Origin: Candidatus Hydrogenedentota bacterium
GTDB lineage: Bacteria; Hydrogenedentota; Hydrogenedentia; Hydrogenedentales; SLHB01
Direction of reading: 5' to 3'
NCBI GenBank assembly: GCA_045863295.1
Contig: BTWA01000002.1
Span: 1 to 64,000 of the forward strand
Length of the DNA: 64,000 bases
A program made the translations under genes and the position numbers. Of this stretch, positions 1 through 10,859 are shown piece after piece. Position 1 is the stretch's first letter. The number at the start of each line of letters is the position of its first letter. The notes beneath the pieces are model-generated. The model did not search any database and was not told the DNA's origin. It saw only the letters and a list, made by a program, of their open reading frames with translations.

Positions 1-65
1 TTTGGTAACAGGCCGGTTGAATTGTTGGTACACAGTTAATTGGACAAAGTCGTGAGATATCCGGG

Positions 66-410
66 CTAGACTTCCAACGCCGGCTGGGGTTTTTCATACC
101 AGATGTTGAGATCGGATTCCGAATCCAGCGTCGCCGCCCCGAGGCGCACCGTATATGGAGAAAGGCCGTCTGGATAAAACGTAATCGACGTTTCCTCGAT
201 ATCCCACATGCCTTCGTCCGGACCACGCAACAGCAGGGAGTGCGGGAAACTACCCGGATTTCCGGTGCCCTCAAACATTTCGCCCGGTCCGGTGCCGCCT
301 TTGGCGATGTCAAACTCGACTTCAAAACCATTGATGACCCACCTGGGTTCCTTTGCAGGTCCATTCGCGCCGGTCTTGACCTTGATATCGAAAGTGTTCA
401 GCCTAGGCAT
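66..410 (-). CDS. Hypothetical 114-aa beta-rich protein (possibly PLAT/LH2-like)
   Basis: Overlaps the end of the nfuA ORF by 8 nt, suggesting coupling. Natural composition. FDIKVKTG...WDIEE pattern is reminiscent of PLAT domains. Confidence 0.7.
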   Translation of the reverse strand: MPRLNTFDIKVKTGANGPAKEPRWVINGFEVEFDIAKGGTGPGEMFEGTGNPGSFPHSLLLRGPDEGMWDIEETSITFYPDGLSPYTVRLGAATLDSESDLNIWYEKPQPALEV

Positions 411-1191
411 ATCGTTCCATTCCCACGGGCAGTTGCTTGAAGAAAGGATTTTTTCCGGCGCTGTGGTCCGTCACGTCGAGGATGGCGCCAATCTGCGGCA
501 CCGCATGCCGGAAGGATTCGTGGATACCCTGCCGCAATGTGATATCGGATGCGGCGCAGCCCTGGCATCCACCCTGCATTTCGATGTACACCGTGTTGCC
601 CTCCACGCGATCCAGGCGAATTGCGCCGGAGTGCGAGGCCACGCCCGGATTGATCTCGCGCTCAATGACCCCCTGCAGCTTCGCCGCTATTTCCTCTTGC
701 GGCGGCAGCCCGGCGAGGAATGCTTCCGTCACAACCGGCTTTTGCTCCTGCAGGTGGGCACGGATATGCGTGCCAATTTCCTTCATGGCGGCCTCCCAAC
801 CGTCTTTTGCAAAGGGCGACCGGCCGATAGTCACCGTCATGTCGTGAATCAGCACGGATTCAACCTCCGGTAGCGAGAACAGTGTTTCCGCCAACGGGGA
901 ATCTTTGGCATCGGTCTTCTTCGGAAACCACGCGGAGTGGCCGGGCAGAACCGGTCGGTCAATCAGGAACAGACAAGTAGCGCCACCTTTTTGTACCTTG
1001 GCCTTAATGCGGATCTCCTCGGTCCACGCCGTTTGATCGCCCGACTCTTCCGCAATCACCGGCGCATGCACGACTTTTCGCATCGATTTCGCGGCCGGCT
1101 TGGGCGGCACTGGTGCCGGCTTGGGGGCCTCAGCCACGGGCGCAGGCTTTTCCGCCTCGCTCTTGAACACCTTGGAAAACCACGAAGGCAT
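403..1191 (-). CDS. nfuA: NifU/Nfu-family Fe-S cluster carrier (Nfu_N scaffold domain + NifU C-terminal domain)
   Basis: SPLAETLF...VESV (Nfu_N) and INPGVASHSG...MQGGCQGC...ILDVTDHSAGKNPFF (NifU-C with CxxC). Pro/Ala-rich N-terminus. GGAG RBS upstream. Confidence 0.9.
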   Translation of the reverse strand: MPSWFSKVFKSEAEKPAPVAEAPKPAPVPPKPAAKSMRKVVHAPVIAEESGDQTAWTEEIRIKAKVQKGGATCLFLIDRPVLPGHSAWFPKKTDAKDSPLAETLFSLPEVESVLIHDMTVTIGRSPFAKDGWEAAMKEIGTHIRAHLQEQKPVVTEAFLAGLPPQEEIAAKLQGVIEREINPGVASHSGAIRLDRVEGNTVYIEMQGGCQGCAASDITLRQGIHESFRHAVPQIGAILDVTDHSAGKNPFFKQLPVGMERYA

Positions 1192-1274
1192 TGGTATGCA
1201 CTCCCTGTGAAGATGTGAATTTTACCCAGTAGAAGGGACAAAGGCAGGGGAAAGTTTTATTCCCGGGACCCACT

Positions 1275-2552
1275 TCAATCCTTGGGTGCACTCGATCCCC
1301 GCGCCTCGGGCAGCACGTCGAGCCGAATTCGAAATACCGTGTTCGGGCTGCTGTCGAGGACCGTAATTCGGAAGCCAACGTGTTCGATCACTTCGCCGCG
1401 CGAAGGGATACGGCCCGCCACGCGCATCACCCAGCCGCCAACGGTTTCGACTTCCTCGTCCATCAACGGGAGATTCATGCTTTTGGCGGCGTCCTCGAGC
1501 GGCATGCGTGCGTCTATGATGTAGTTGTCCGGGCCGACCTGATGAATGGGATCCTCTTCCTGATCATGCTCGTCTCGGATATCGCCGAAGATCTCCTCAA
1601 GCACATCTTCCAGCGTGATGAGTCCATCGGTACCGCCGTATTCGTCGATCACGACGACCATGTGTTGCTTGTTCTTCTTCATGTACTGGAAAAGGTCGTC
1701 GATTCGCATGGAATCGGGGAAATGGGGTATCTCACGGATGAAGCGGACAATGCTGGCATCTTCCGGCGACGTGTCCATCATGATGTCATGCGCGGTGATC
1801 ACGCCGACAATTTCATCCACGCTTTCCCGGTAGACGGGAATGCGCGTGCGGCCGCTGGATACCATAAGATTTAACACATCACTTCGATTGGCGGAGTCGG
1901 CCACGGCCTGGATGTCGATTCGCGGTGTCATAATCTCCTTGGCCTGGGTGGCCTGCAGATTGATGACGGAGTGGATCATCTCCTGTTCTTCCGGGTCAAT
2001 TGTTCCGTGATTGGCAGTCTCGTCTACGAGGACGCGAACGTCTTCGCGCGACGACATGAGGGGACTAAGGGCCTGCGACCCTTTTTGCCGGAACACAAAC
2101 CGCGTGAGCACGGAAACCGGCCAAGCCAACGGCGCGAACACGGCGTACCAGAATTCGATGAAAGGCAGGAACCGGATGGTGAGCCGCACCGGATCCAGAC
2201 GAAAAATACTCTTGGGAATGATTTCCGCAAAAAGCATATACAAGGTGGTAACCACAGCCGTCGCGATCAGTCCCCCATACGCGGGAGACAATTCGGTGAA
2301 GCCTTTGGTCCCGGCAATGGATCCAGCCACGGTACCCACGTTCGTGCCGATGAGAAGCATGGCAAGCATCTGGTCCGGGTTGCGGGTGTATTTGAAGAGC
2401 CGGCCCTCGCGGGTGTCTTTGTTTTCGTCCGCCGTATTGCGTAATTTGAAGGGATCGACCGTGATGAAGCCCGTCTCATATCCGGCAAATATGCCCTGAA
2501 ATATCATGGCCGCGATCACAATGGCGAAGTAAATGAGAATGGCCGTTGTCAT
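1275..2552 (-). CDS. CNNM/hemolysin-family membrane protein (DUF21 + 2 CBS + CorC_HlyC)
   Basis: FAGYETG, FAEIIPK, EIMTPRIDI, VIDEYGGTDGLITLEDVLEEIFGDIRDEHD, ETVGGW. Confidence 0.93.
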   Translation of the reverse strand: MTTAILIYFAIVIAAMIFQGIFAGYETGFITVDPFKLRNTADENKDTREGRLFKYTRNPDQMLAMLLIGTNVGTVAGSIAGTKGFTELSPAYGGLIATAVVTTLYMLFAEIIPKSIFRLDPVRLTIRFLPFIEFWYAVFAPLAWPVSVLTRFVFRQKGSQALSPLMSSREDVRVLVDETANHGTIDPEEQEMIHSVINLQATQAKEIMTPRIDIQAVADSANRSDVLNLMVSSGRTRIPVYRESVDEIVGVITAHDIMMDTSPEDASIVRFIREIPHFPDSMRIDDLFQYMKKNKQHMVVVIDEYGGTDGLITLEDVLEEIFGDIRDEHDQEEDPIHQVGPDNYIIDARMPLEDAAKSMNLPLMDEEVETVGGWVMRVAGRIPSRGEVIEHVGFRITVLDSSPNTVFRIRLDVLPEARGSSAPKD

Positions 2553-4123
2553 TCCGCGTGCCCCTTCACTTCTTCGGCATCGGGAAGGACCATGGGAGCG
2601 GCCTCTACGCGCACCTGCGAAACGCGACGGCCTTCACATTCCTCCACCGTGAAGCGCACGCCACCGGATTCTATCGTATCACCGGACTCCAGGATCTTTT
2701 CCGCTTGATCCATGAGGAATCCCGCAAGGGTCTCGTGTTCATCGTCTTTCAAATCGACATGCACCAATTCGCTCACGGTTTCCAGATCGATCTGGCCGCT
2801 GACGCGATACACGCCCGGACCGACTTCGACGTACTCCGGTTCTTCCACTTCATCCTCGTCGAAAATGTCGCCAACGATAAGTTCGAGGGCGTCTTCCAAA
2901 GCGACGACGCCGGACGTGCCGCCGTATTCGTCGACAACGACGGCAAGATGGGCGCGTTTGCGCTGGGCTTCGCGGACGAATTGTTGCACGGACATCGTTC
3001 CGGGCACGAACAAAACGGGCCGCGCGAACTGTTTGATCCTGGCGTCCGTATTTCCTTGTGCGAACGCGGGAAGCAAATCTTTCAGCACGAGCAAACCGGT
3101 AATCTGATCGATGTCGTCCCGAAAGACGGGCATGCGCGAGAACTGATGCTTTCGCATTTCAGAAAGAGCATCGTCAATGGTGGCGTCTTCTTGTATGGCA
3201 ATGATGCCGGTGCGCGGGATGTAGATCTCCTTCAGCATGGCATCGCTGGATTCCAGAATTCCCTCAATCATCTGGCGCTCGTCTTCTTCGATGACACCGT
3301 GCGTTTCGCCGTCTTCCAAAACCGCCTTGAATTCATGGTCGGTGATAAAAGGCGTCACTGTTCCCGAAGTGACGCCCGTGGCGTGCAGAAGTTTGTTCGT
3401 GACCCAGATCATGCTGTCCCGCGCCGGTGCAAGGATCCAGTCCACAAGCGTCAGGGGGAAGACGCCAATACTTGCAATGAAAATATTGGTTCGTACGGCA
3501 AGCACCTTGGGAAGGATTTCGCCAAAGAGCACCAGCACAATGGAAGTGACAATGACGGCCGATACAAACGATGCGGACACCGACAAGCCGAAATAGCCGA
3601 AGACGGCCTCCACGCGAGTGCCGAGGAATACGCCAATGAGCACATTGACAATCATGTTGCCCATCAAAATAGTCGTGAGAAGCCGGCCAGGGTGGTCCAT
3701 CAAGGCGGAAATGGCCCGTTCGATGGCGCGCGAACTGGATCCCATGGCTTTCAATCGAATCTTGTGAATGGAAAAGAAGGCGGCTTCCGATCCGCTGAAG
3801 AAAGCCGAACAACCGATCAAAAAAAGTACGATGCCCATGATTCGGGGCGGAAAAAGATCGATCGGAGTTCGCTCGGCCGCGGGAATCGCCGCAGGGGCGG
3901 CTTCGACCTGAGAAACCGGGATTTCCGCATCCTGCGCGGATACGCTGCCGTCCACGGTCCGAAAGAGCGAGGATCGGTCCCACCCCGAGACGGCCATGCC
4001 CGTGCCCATGGCAATTGCCAGCAAAACGCACGCGCGCACCAGATGAATACGTATCGCGGTCCGGTCTGACCGTGTACTGCCAGCGCCATCGTCCAAAGCG
4101 AACGAAACCTCCTCAGCGCCCAT
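2549..4123 (-). CDS. CNNM/hemolysin-family membrane protein with N-terminal extension (start uncertain)
   Basis: SAFFSGSEAAFFS, FGEILPK, FSRMPV, VVDEYGGTSGVVALEDALELIVGDIFDE. ATGA overlap with the next gene. Confidence 0.9.
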   Translation of the reverse strand: MGAEEVSFALDDGAGSTRSDRTAIRIHLVRACVLLAIAMGTGMAVSGWDRSSLFRTVDGSVSAQDAEIPVSQVEAAPAAIPAAERTPIDLFPPRIMGIVLFLIGCSAFFSGSEAAFFSIHKIRLKAMGSSSRAIERAISALMDHPGRLLTTILMGNMIVNVLIGVFLGTRVEAVFGYFGLSVSASFVSAVIVTSIVLVLFGEILPKVLAVRTNIFIASIGVFPLTLVDWILAPARDSMIWVTNKLLHATGVTSGTVTPFITDHEFKAVLEDGETHGVIEEDERQMIEGILESSDAMLKEIYIPRTGIIAIQEDATIDDALSEMRKHQFSRMPVFRDDIDQITGLLVLKDLLPAFAQGNTDARIKQFARPVLFVPGTMSVQQFVREAQRKRAHLAVVVDEYGGTSGVVALEDALELIVGDIFDEDEVEEPEYVEVGPGVYRVSGQIDLETVSELVHVDLKDDEHETLAGFLMDQAEKILESGDTIESGGVRFTVEECEGRRVSQVRVEAAPMVLPDAEEVKGHAE

Positions 4124-4628
4124 GGCGCGCGCTATTTGCGCGCGCATGAGCGTGCCCTTCGGCAATCCAAGCCTCTTCCATGGGTATTTCCAAATAAGCC
4201 GCCTGCTTTTCGGTCATGGACTCGCGCTCCGCAGCCGATCCATGATCGTACCCAAGAAGATGCAGTAATCCGTGACAAAACAGAAGGCGAACTTCCGCGC
4301 GCGCCCTCGCCGGGTCGCCATTGCATCGCCGCACCACCGTGTCCAGCGAAATGACAATGTCTCCCAGCGTCCGGGCGTCCGGGGGAAGGTCCCCTCCCAT
4401 CTTGTCGTCGGGCTGGCCGAACGACAGTACGTCGGTTGGACCCCTCTTCCGGCGAAACCGCCGGTTTAAATCCGCGATAAACGCATCATCGCAAAAGAGC
4501 ACACTGACTTCCAGTGGGCCGCGGGCACGTTCACCCCGGCACACTCTCTCGGCAATGCGAGCCAGCACGTCTTGACGATAACAACCGCGATGGCCGGATT
4601 CGTTGCGCGCCTGAACGGCAATCGTCAC
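4113..4628 (-). CDS. ybeY: rRNA maturation endoribonuclease YbeY
   Basis: LNRRFR..GPTDVLSF, LGDIVIS, HGLLHLLGYDH. GTG start overlaps the upstream TGA (GTGA). Confidence 0.95.
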   Translation of the reverse strand: MTIAVQARNESGHRGCYRQDVLARIAERVCRGERARGPLEVSVLFCDDAFIADLNRRFRRKRGPTDVLSFGQPDDKMGGDLPPDARTLGDIVISLDTVVRRCNGDPARARAEVRLLFCHGLLHLLGYDHGSAAERESMTEKQAAYLEIPMEEAWIAEGHAHARANSARHGR

Positions 4629-7105
4629 GATTCCTGTCCCCCCTGCATGGGAATGACGTTGGCCAGCTTGTTCTCCTGGGGTTGGCCAGGATAGGCAATT
4701 CGCCGATGCATCGTGCTGGACATATGCTTCGAAAGCACTTCCGCAATCGTATCCAGGTCCTTCAACCGCAGGTCGCACTCGTCGAACTGGCGATCAGTGG
4801 CCCGGTTGGTAATGATCTTGTCGATAAATTCCCGGATGCGCTCTTCGTTCGGACTCTTCAATGATCGCACCCCGGACTCAACGGCATCGCAAATCATCAT
4901 GATGGCCGTCTCGCGGCTTTGCGGCTTGGGACCCCCATAACGGAAATCTCGCTCGCTGACTTCGCCGTGCTTGGCCTGTTTCTTGGCTTCCTGATAAAAG
5001 AAACTGATCAGGCACGTGCCGTGATGCTCGTAGATCGCGTCTATAATGGGCTTGGGCAGGTGGAGTTCGCGGGCCATTTCCGCGCCTTCCGTCACGTGCG
5101 ACGCAATCGCGCGCGCACTCAGTCGGGGCGACAAATCCTCGTGGATATTGACCCCGGTCTGGTTTTCGGTGAAGTACTCGGGCCGGCGGAGCTTGCCGAT
5201 GTCGTGATAGTAGGCGCACACCCGTGCGAGCAATCCGTTCGCGCCGATGGCCTCGCACGCGGATTCGGCAAGTTGTCCCAGCATCAGGCTGTGAGCATGT
5301 GTCGCCGGAATCTCCATCGCAAGCCTGCGAAGTATGGGGTTATTCAGATCCGAGTATTCAAGCAACTGAATGTCGGTGGTAATGCCGAACAGTTTCTCCA
5401 GTGGCGGGAGCAGTCCAGGCACAATAAATACGCACGCCATGCCGTTAAGCACTACCTGACCCATGAGTTGCAACGAACGCATGGTAAACAACGGTTCGCG
5501 GCCCAAAATGACGGCGGCCATCGCTAACATGCCCACAGCCGTCGCGATAAAGGCTGCACGCGCCATGTCGCCCCGGCGCCGGACACGCGTAATGCTGATC
5601 ACCCCCGCAAACGCCATGACGCCGTTCACCACCAGCACCCGCCAACTATAATCGAATTGCAGGGATAGCAGCATGGCCGTCGCCACCGTCACAAGACTCG
5701 CGAGGCGAGGATTGGTAAGAATTGCCAACAGAATACCGCCAGCGGCCAGCGGCACCAGAAGCCCGTCGGGGTTAAAATAAATGACTACTCGTCCCGTCAG
5801 TAGCGTGGCGCACATAATGACGAGCGAAAGGTTAAGGTTGCGCATGATCTGTTCGGGCTTTGCGGAAACCAGGGGAGTCATGCGAAGCAACGAGGCAATG
5901 ATGAGACCCACGAGAATCATGTTCGCGGCCAGAATATTGACCAGATTCGCACCGCCTTCTTCCCGGGCGGCCTTTTCGGTCAGAAATGTCTGCACATCCA
6001 ATTTGGATTGAGGCGTCCAGCGGCGGCCCCGGGCCTGAATGTATTCTCCCACTTCGAAGCGATGCATAATCGCATCCACGTCGCGCCGGGCCGTTTCCTT
6101 GGCCCACATGGTCTCTTCCTCGTCTTTATCGAGGGTTGCCGTTAATTCGCCCGCGGCTATCAAGAACGCCGCGTCCTGCAACTTGGTCCAGTCCGCGGGT
6201 TGCGCAACGCTGGCAGTCGTCGTAAGTTTCTGCGTCTCTTCGACAATGCGCTGGCGCAACGCGTCCGCCGCCTTGGCCGTGGTCAATGCATCCATGACCG
6301 CCATTTCTTCCTGCCGGAATTGGGAGTCGATGGTCGTATCACGCACAATGCGAATTTGGCGCTCCGGGCTGATCTTGTATTGGGCCGCCTGACTTTCGGG
6401 GGTCAATACGCCATAGGTAAGCACGTATCGAAGCCCGGTGCGGGCCAAACTTGCCAGATGCTGGGCGTACGCAAACTGCAAGTCCGGTGCCGGCGATATG
6501 TCTTGTCCATCCGCGGCAGGCTCTGACTGCGGAGTCACGGAGGCCAAGGCCGGTGTAAGCCAGAGGGACAGCAGCTCAACGTCGCTGATATTGTCGAATA
6601 GCGGATTGGTCTCAATCGTCTTTTGGGCGGACTGTCTTACCGCATCAGCAATCACAGCCTCAGCGGACTGATCGTCAGCTTTGTTGTCCAGCGCGCGCGT
6701 GATGGATTTCATTAACGGTTCGCGCTGTGATTTCAAGGCCTCGATCTTTTGGTCAAGACGTTCAAGTTGGGCTTGAACCACATTGCGGTCTACACGGTAA
6801 ATATCAGGAACTTTAGCTTCCGCGGATTCCCGGGCGATTCGAGTTTCTTCCAGGTTCTCCGATTCAAACGGGAATTCCGCGATGAAATCTTGTTGTGCAA
6901 CCGGAGAGTCGAGGTTGTAATCCCGCTTTTCCCGCACGGGAGACAGGCGAGGCGTGACGGCCACCACAAGCACGGCAAAAGCACCCAGAATGATCACCCA
7001 CATCAAACGCCGTTCACCCGAATGGACCGGAGGCCCAGCTTGTGTGGAGCGCATTGGGCTGCCGCTAAGGCGTTGCCGCTTCTTGAACAGTCGATCCAGA
7101 ATCAT
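4625..7105 (-). CDS. pgpH: 7TM-HD(IG) phosphohydrolase, PgpH-like (c-di-AMP phosphodiesterase family)
   Basis: N-terminal TM, large extracytoplasmic domain, 7TM region, then LLEYSDLNNP, HAHS, YYHDIGK, YFTENQ, EHHGT, PQSRETAI..CD. Confidence 0.88.
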   Translation of the reverse strand: MILDRLFKKRQRLSGSPMRSTQAGPPVHSGERRLMWVIILGAFAVLVVAVTPRLSPVREKRDYNLDSPVAQQDFIAEFPFESENLEETRIARESAEAKVPDIYRVDRNVVQAQLERLDQKIEALKSQREPLMKSITRALDNKADDQSAEAVIADAVRQSAQKTIETNPLFDNISDVELLSLWLTPALASVTPQSEPAADGQDISPAPDLQFAYAQHLASLARTGLRYVLTYGVLTPESQAAQYKISPERQIRIVRDTTIDSQFRQEEMAVMDALTTAKAADALRQRIVEETQKLTTTASVAQPADWTKLQDAAFLIAAGELTATLDKDEEETMWAKETARRDVDAIMHRFEVGEYIQARGRRWTPQSKLDVQTFLTEKAAREEGGANLVNILAANMILVGLIIASLLRMTPLVSAKPEQIMRNLNLSLVIMCATLLTGRVVIYFNPDGLLVPLAAGGILLAILTNPRLASLVTVATAMLLSLQFDYSWRVLVVNGVMAFAGVISITRVRRRGDMARAAFIATAVGMLAMAAVILGREPLFTMRSLQLMGQVVLNGMACVFIVPGLLPPLEKLFGITTDIQLLEYSDLNNPILRRLAMEIPATHAHSLMLGQLAESACEAIGANGLLARVCAYYHDIGKLRRPEYFTENQTGVNIHEDLSPRLSARAIASHVTEGAEMARELHLPKPIIDAIYEHHGTCLISFFYQEAKKQAKHGEVSERDFRYGGPKPQSRETAIMMICDAVESGVRSLKSPNEERIREFIDKIITNRATDRQFDECDLRLKDLDTIAEVLSKHMSSTMHRRIAYPGQPQENKLANVIPMQGGQES

Positions 7106-7109
7106 AGAA

Positions 7110-8108
7110 TTATTGCTTAAATTCGACCGAGGGTTGGGCTGAGTCGAGCCCCTCTTGCGACGCTTCGTCTCGGTCGTAAGCCTCTATGATACTCTGAACC
7201 AGTGGGTGGCGGACAACATCGCTCCGGTGGAGCCGGATCAAGGCAATGCCCGGAACGTTGTGCAGGATGCGTTCGGCCTCTTTTAATCCTGATTTTCGGG
7301 CCTTCGGCAGGTCAATCTGGGTAATATCGCCAGTGATGACCGCCCGCGATCCTTCGCCAAGACGGGTCAGGAACATTTTCATCTGCTCGCCGGTGGTATT
7401 CTGAGCCTCGTCGAGGATGAGAAACGAGTGATCGAGCGTGCGGCCGCGCATGAACGCAAGAGGAGCAACCTCAATCATTTCCCGTTCGACCATTCTACGC
7501 GCCTTTTCAATATCAACCATGGAGTATAGGGCGTCGTAAAGTGGTCTGAGATAAGGATTTACCTTCTGAACAAGATCGCCCGGCAGAAATCCAAGATTCT
7601 CACCGGCTTCCACGGCGGGACGGGTCAAAATGAGGCGATTGACCTCTTTGTTCAAAAGGGCAGACACCGCCGCCGCCATGGCCAGATACGTCTTTCCTGT
7701 GCCCGCGGGGCCAATGCCGACAGTTATCGTATGTGTTTGAATGGCCTCAAGATAGCGCACCTGACCTCGCGTCCGCGGCTTGATACGGATTTCCCGGCGG
7801 AGCAGCCCTTCAGGTGCATCGCCAAAAATCTCCGCAAGGTCATCCGATTGGCTCTTGCGCGCTTCGCCCATGGCGTAACGAAGATCGGCGAGGGTCGGGG
7901 TGTGGCCTTTACGGACTGCGGCGAGCATTTCGTCCAGCAACCGGCCGACAAAAGTGGCATGTTCGTCGTCGCCCATAACGACGACCTTGGCGCCCCGATC
8001 CACAATGCGCACGGGAGTCTCTTCCTGAATCCGCTTTCGAAGTTCGCCGTTGCGGCCAAGAAGTTTGACGGCTTCTTCCTGGCTATTTAGCAGAATCTCG
8101 TGCGTCAG
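7110..8108 (-). CDS. phoH: PhoH-like ATPase (YbeZ); probable CTG start at 8108, first GTG at 8012
   Basis: GPAGTGKTYLA, RPAVEAGENLGFLPGD, APLAFMRGRT, DEAQN, GDITQIDL, DVVRHPLV. The frame stays open upstream of 8012 and encodes a PhoH-like N-terminus. Confidence 0.93.
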   Translation of the reverse strand: MTHEILLNSQEEAVKLLGRNGELRKRIQEETPVRIVDRGAKVVVMGDDEHATFVGRLLDEMLAAVRKGHTPTLADLRYAMGEARKSQSDDLAEIFGDAPEGLLRREIRIKPRTRGQVRYLEAIQTHTITVGIGPAGTGKTYLAMAAAVSALLNKEVNRLILTRPAVEAGENLGFLPGDLVQKVNPYLRPLYDALYSMVDIEKARRMVEREMIEVAPLAFMRGRTLDHSFLILDEAQNTTGEQMKMFLTRLGEGSRAVITGDITQIDLPKARKSGLKEAERILHNVPGIALIRLHRSDVVRHPLVQSIIEAYDRDEASQEGLDSAQPSVEFKQ

Positions 8109-8326
8109 GGCGTGGAATTCCTGGTTTGTTTCCGGTCTCGGCCGTAAGCGAAGCGTCGATGCAAGAGCAGAAGCGCCTCTCCCTAGAGTGTGCCGGGCTA
8201 TCCGTACCGGCTGCCGTTGCGAAAACCCTGCGTCTGGCAGGTCATTTGGGCTTAAAAGACTATTATTCGATCGCCGGGCCGGGGCGCCGCCCGTTCGTGG
8301 CGGCGCCCCGCACCCGGACTGTATAT

Positions 8327-8647
8327 TTATTGGCCGCGATTGGAAGGCAGGTCCGTAGGCAGCTGGATCCGAAAGATCTTCTCCCCTTCCTTGACCTGGC
8401 CTTCGCTTCGTACCTTGGCTTCAATCTCAACCGGATCTTGGCCGAGGCTTTCCACGCGCTCCTTCATATCCTCTTCAAGTTGAGTGCGGGCTTCGACTTC
8501 CTGTTCCAAGACTCGGACCTGGTTCTCGCTATCGGACAAGTCGTCGTATTGGGTCCATAAATCGCGGTGGTAAGCATACCCGAAGGCCAGGCTTACCGCC
8601 CCGATCAGGGCCAGCCAATACCCTTTACTTGTCAGCGCGCCCATCAT
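8327..8647 (-). CDS. ftsB: Septum formation initiator FtsB/DivIC family
   Basis: Single TM, coiled coil, DPVEIEAKVRSEGQVKEGEKIF. Directly downstream of eno (conserved eno-ftsB order). Confidence 0.75.
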   Translation of the reverse strand: MMGALTSKGYWLALIGAVSLAFGYAYHRDLWTQYDDLSDSENQVRVLEQEVEARTQLEEDMKERVESLGQDPVEIEAKVRSEGQVKEGEKIFRIQLPTDLPSNRGQ

Positions 8648-8659
8648 ATGCGAAACGTC

Positions 8660-10036
<1,377 letters not shown>

Positions 10037-10073
10037 TCAGTCCCGGCCATTCGGGCTGCTGACGGTGCGCGCG

Positions 10074-10850
10074 TTATCCCTTCCAGGGGAAGAAAAAATC
10101 GCGCAGTCCCCGGTTCAGATAGTCGTCGTTCCTGTCGGCCGTTTCGCCGGCTTCGCCCGCGTTGTACTTTCGGCTGAGCATTTCGTACGCGGAAGAACCC
10201 AGCACCACGAGGCAGGGGCCGTACAACACCACGAGCAACGGGGGGACCAGCAGGCAAAAGACGGTCCAACAGACCGCTTGCACGGTCAAGGCCAGCGCGA
10301 GTCCGGGGTTGGCCAGCACCAGCACGGCCGCCAGTTTGACGGTTGCGACAATGCGTCCCTTTCTCTGCACGAGCACCGGCATGACCATCAGTGCGGTCAT
10401 GCCTGCGAATACCAACAGCCACAAGGCAATTGCACCCAGCGCATACCCCAGCATGGGTATCCTGGGTCCAATCACCGCGGGGTAAAACCACACGCTTGCG
10501 GCCAGGCTCGCGGCCACAAACCCATATACTGCGCCCAGAGCCGTTGCTGAAACGGCATGCTTTCGCAGGCCCTCCAGAAAGGTCCCCACGGAACCGTCAC
10601 GCGTATCGATCAGTTCCTTGACCATTTCCGCGGCCGCGGCCGCGCCCATCGGAACCCCCGCCACACATGCGAACAGCGCCAGGGGAATCCCCAGCGCAAG
10701 ACGTATGGCCTCGCTGGGGGACAGCAACGCTTCAATGGCAAGGTAACCCGGGATGCCGGCCAGGGAGGACCATAGGAGACCGGCGAGCATGAGCTTGCCG
10801 AGATGATCGTACGTGACCCAGAATGCCATCTTGATCACGCGGGAGACCAT
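10074..10850 (-). CDS. Integral membrane protein, DUF624/YesL-like
   Basis: About 6 hydrophobic segments with GIP..AAAA...FLEGLRK pattern. Co-oriented between surA and eno. Confidence 0.7.
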   Translation of the reverse strand: MVSRVIKMAFWVTYDHLGKLMLAGLLWSSLAGIPGYLAIEALLSPSEAIRLALGIPLALFACVAGVPMGAAAAAEMVKELIDTRDGSVGTFLEGLRKHAVSATALGAVYGFVAASLAASVWFYPAVIGPRIPMLGYALGAIALWLLVFAGMTALMVMPVLVQRKGRIVATVKLAAVLVLANPGLALALTVQAVCWTVFCLLVPPLLVVLYGPCLVVLGSSAYEMLSRKYNAGEAGETADRNDDYLNRGLRDFFFPWKG

Positions 10851-10859
10851 GCGGGCCGC

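Noticed and set aside
8280..8310. Strong GC hairpin after ftsB as a terminator
   Set aside because: The stem is real, but there is no U-tract on the coding (minus) strand, so its function is unsupported.
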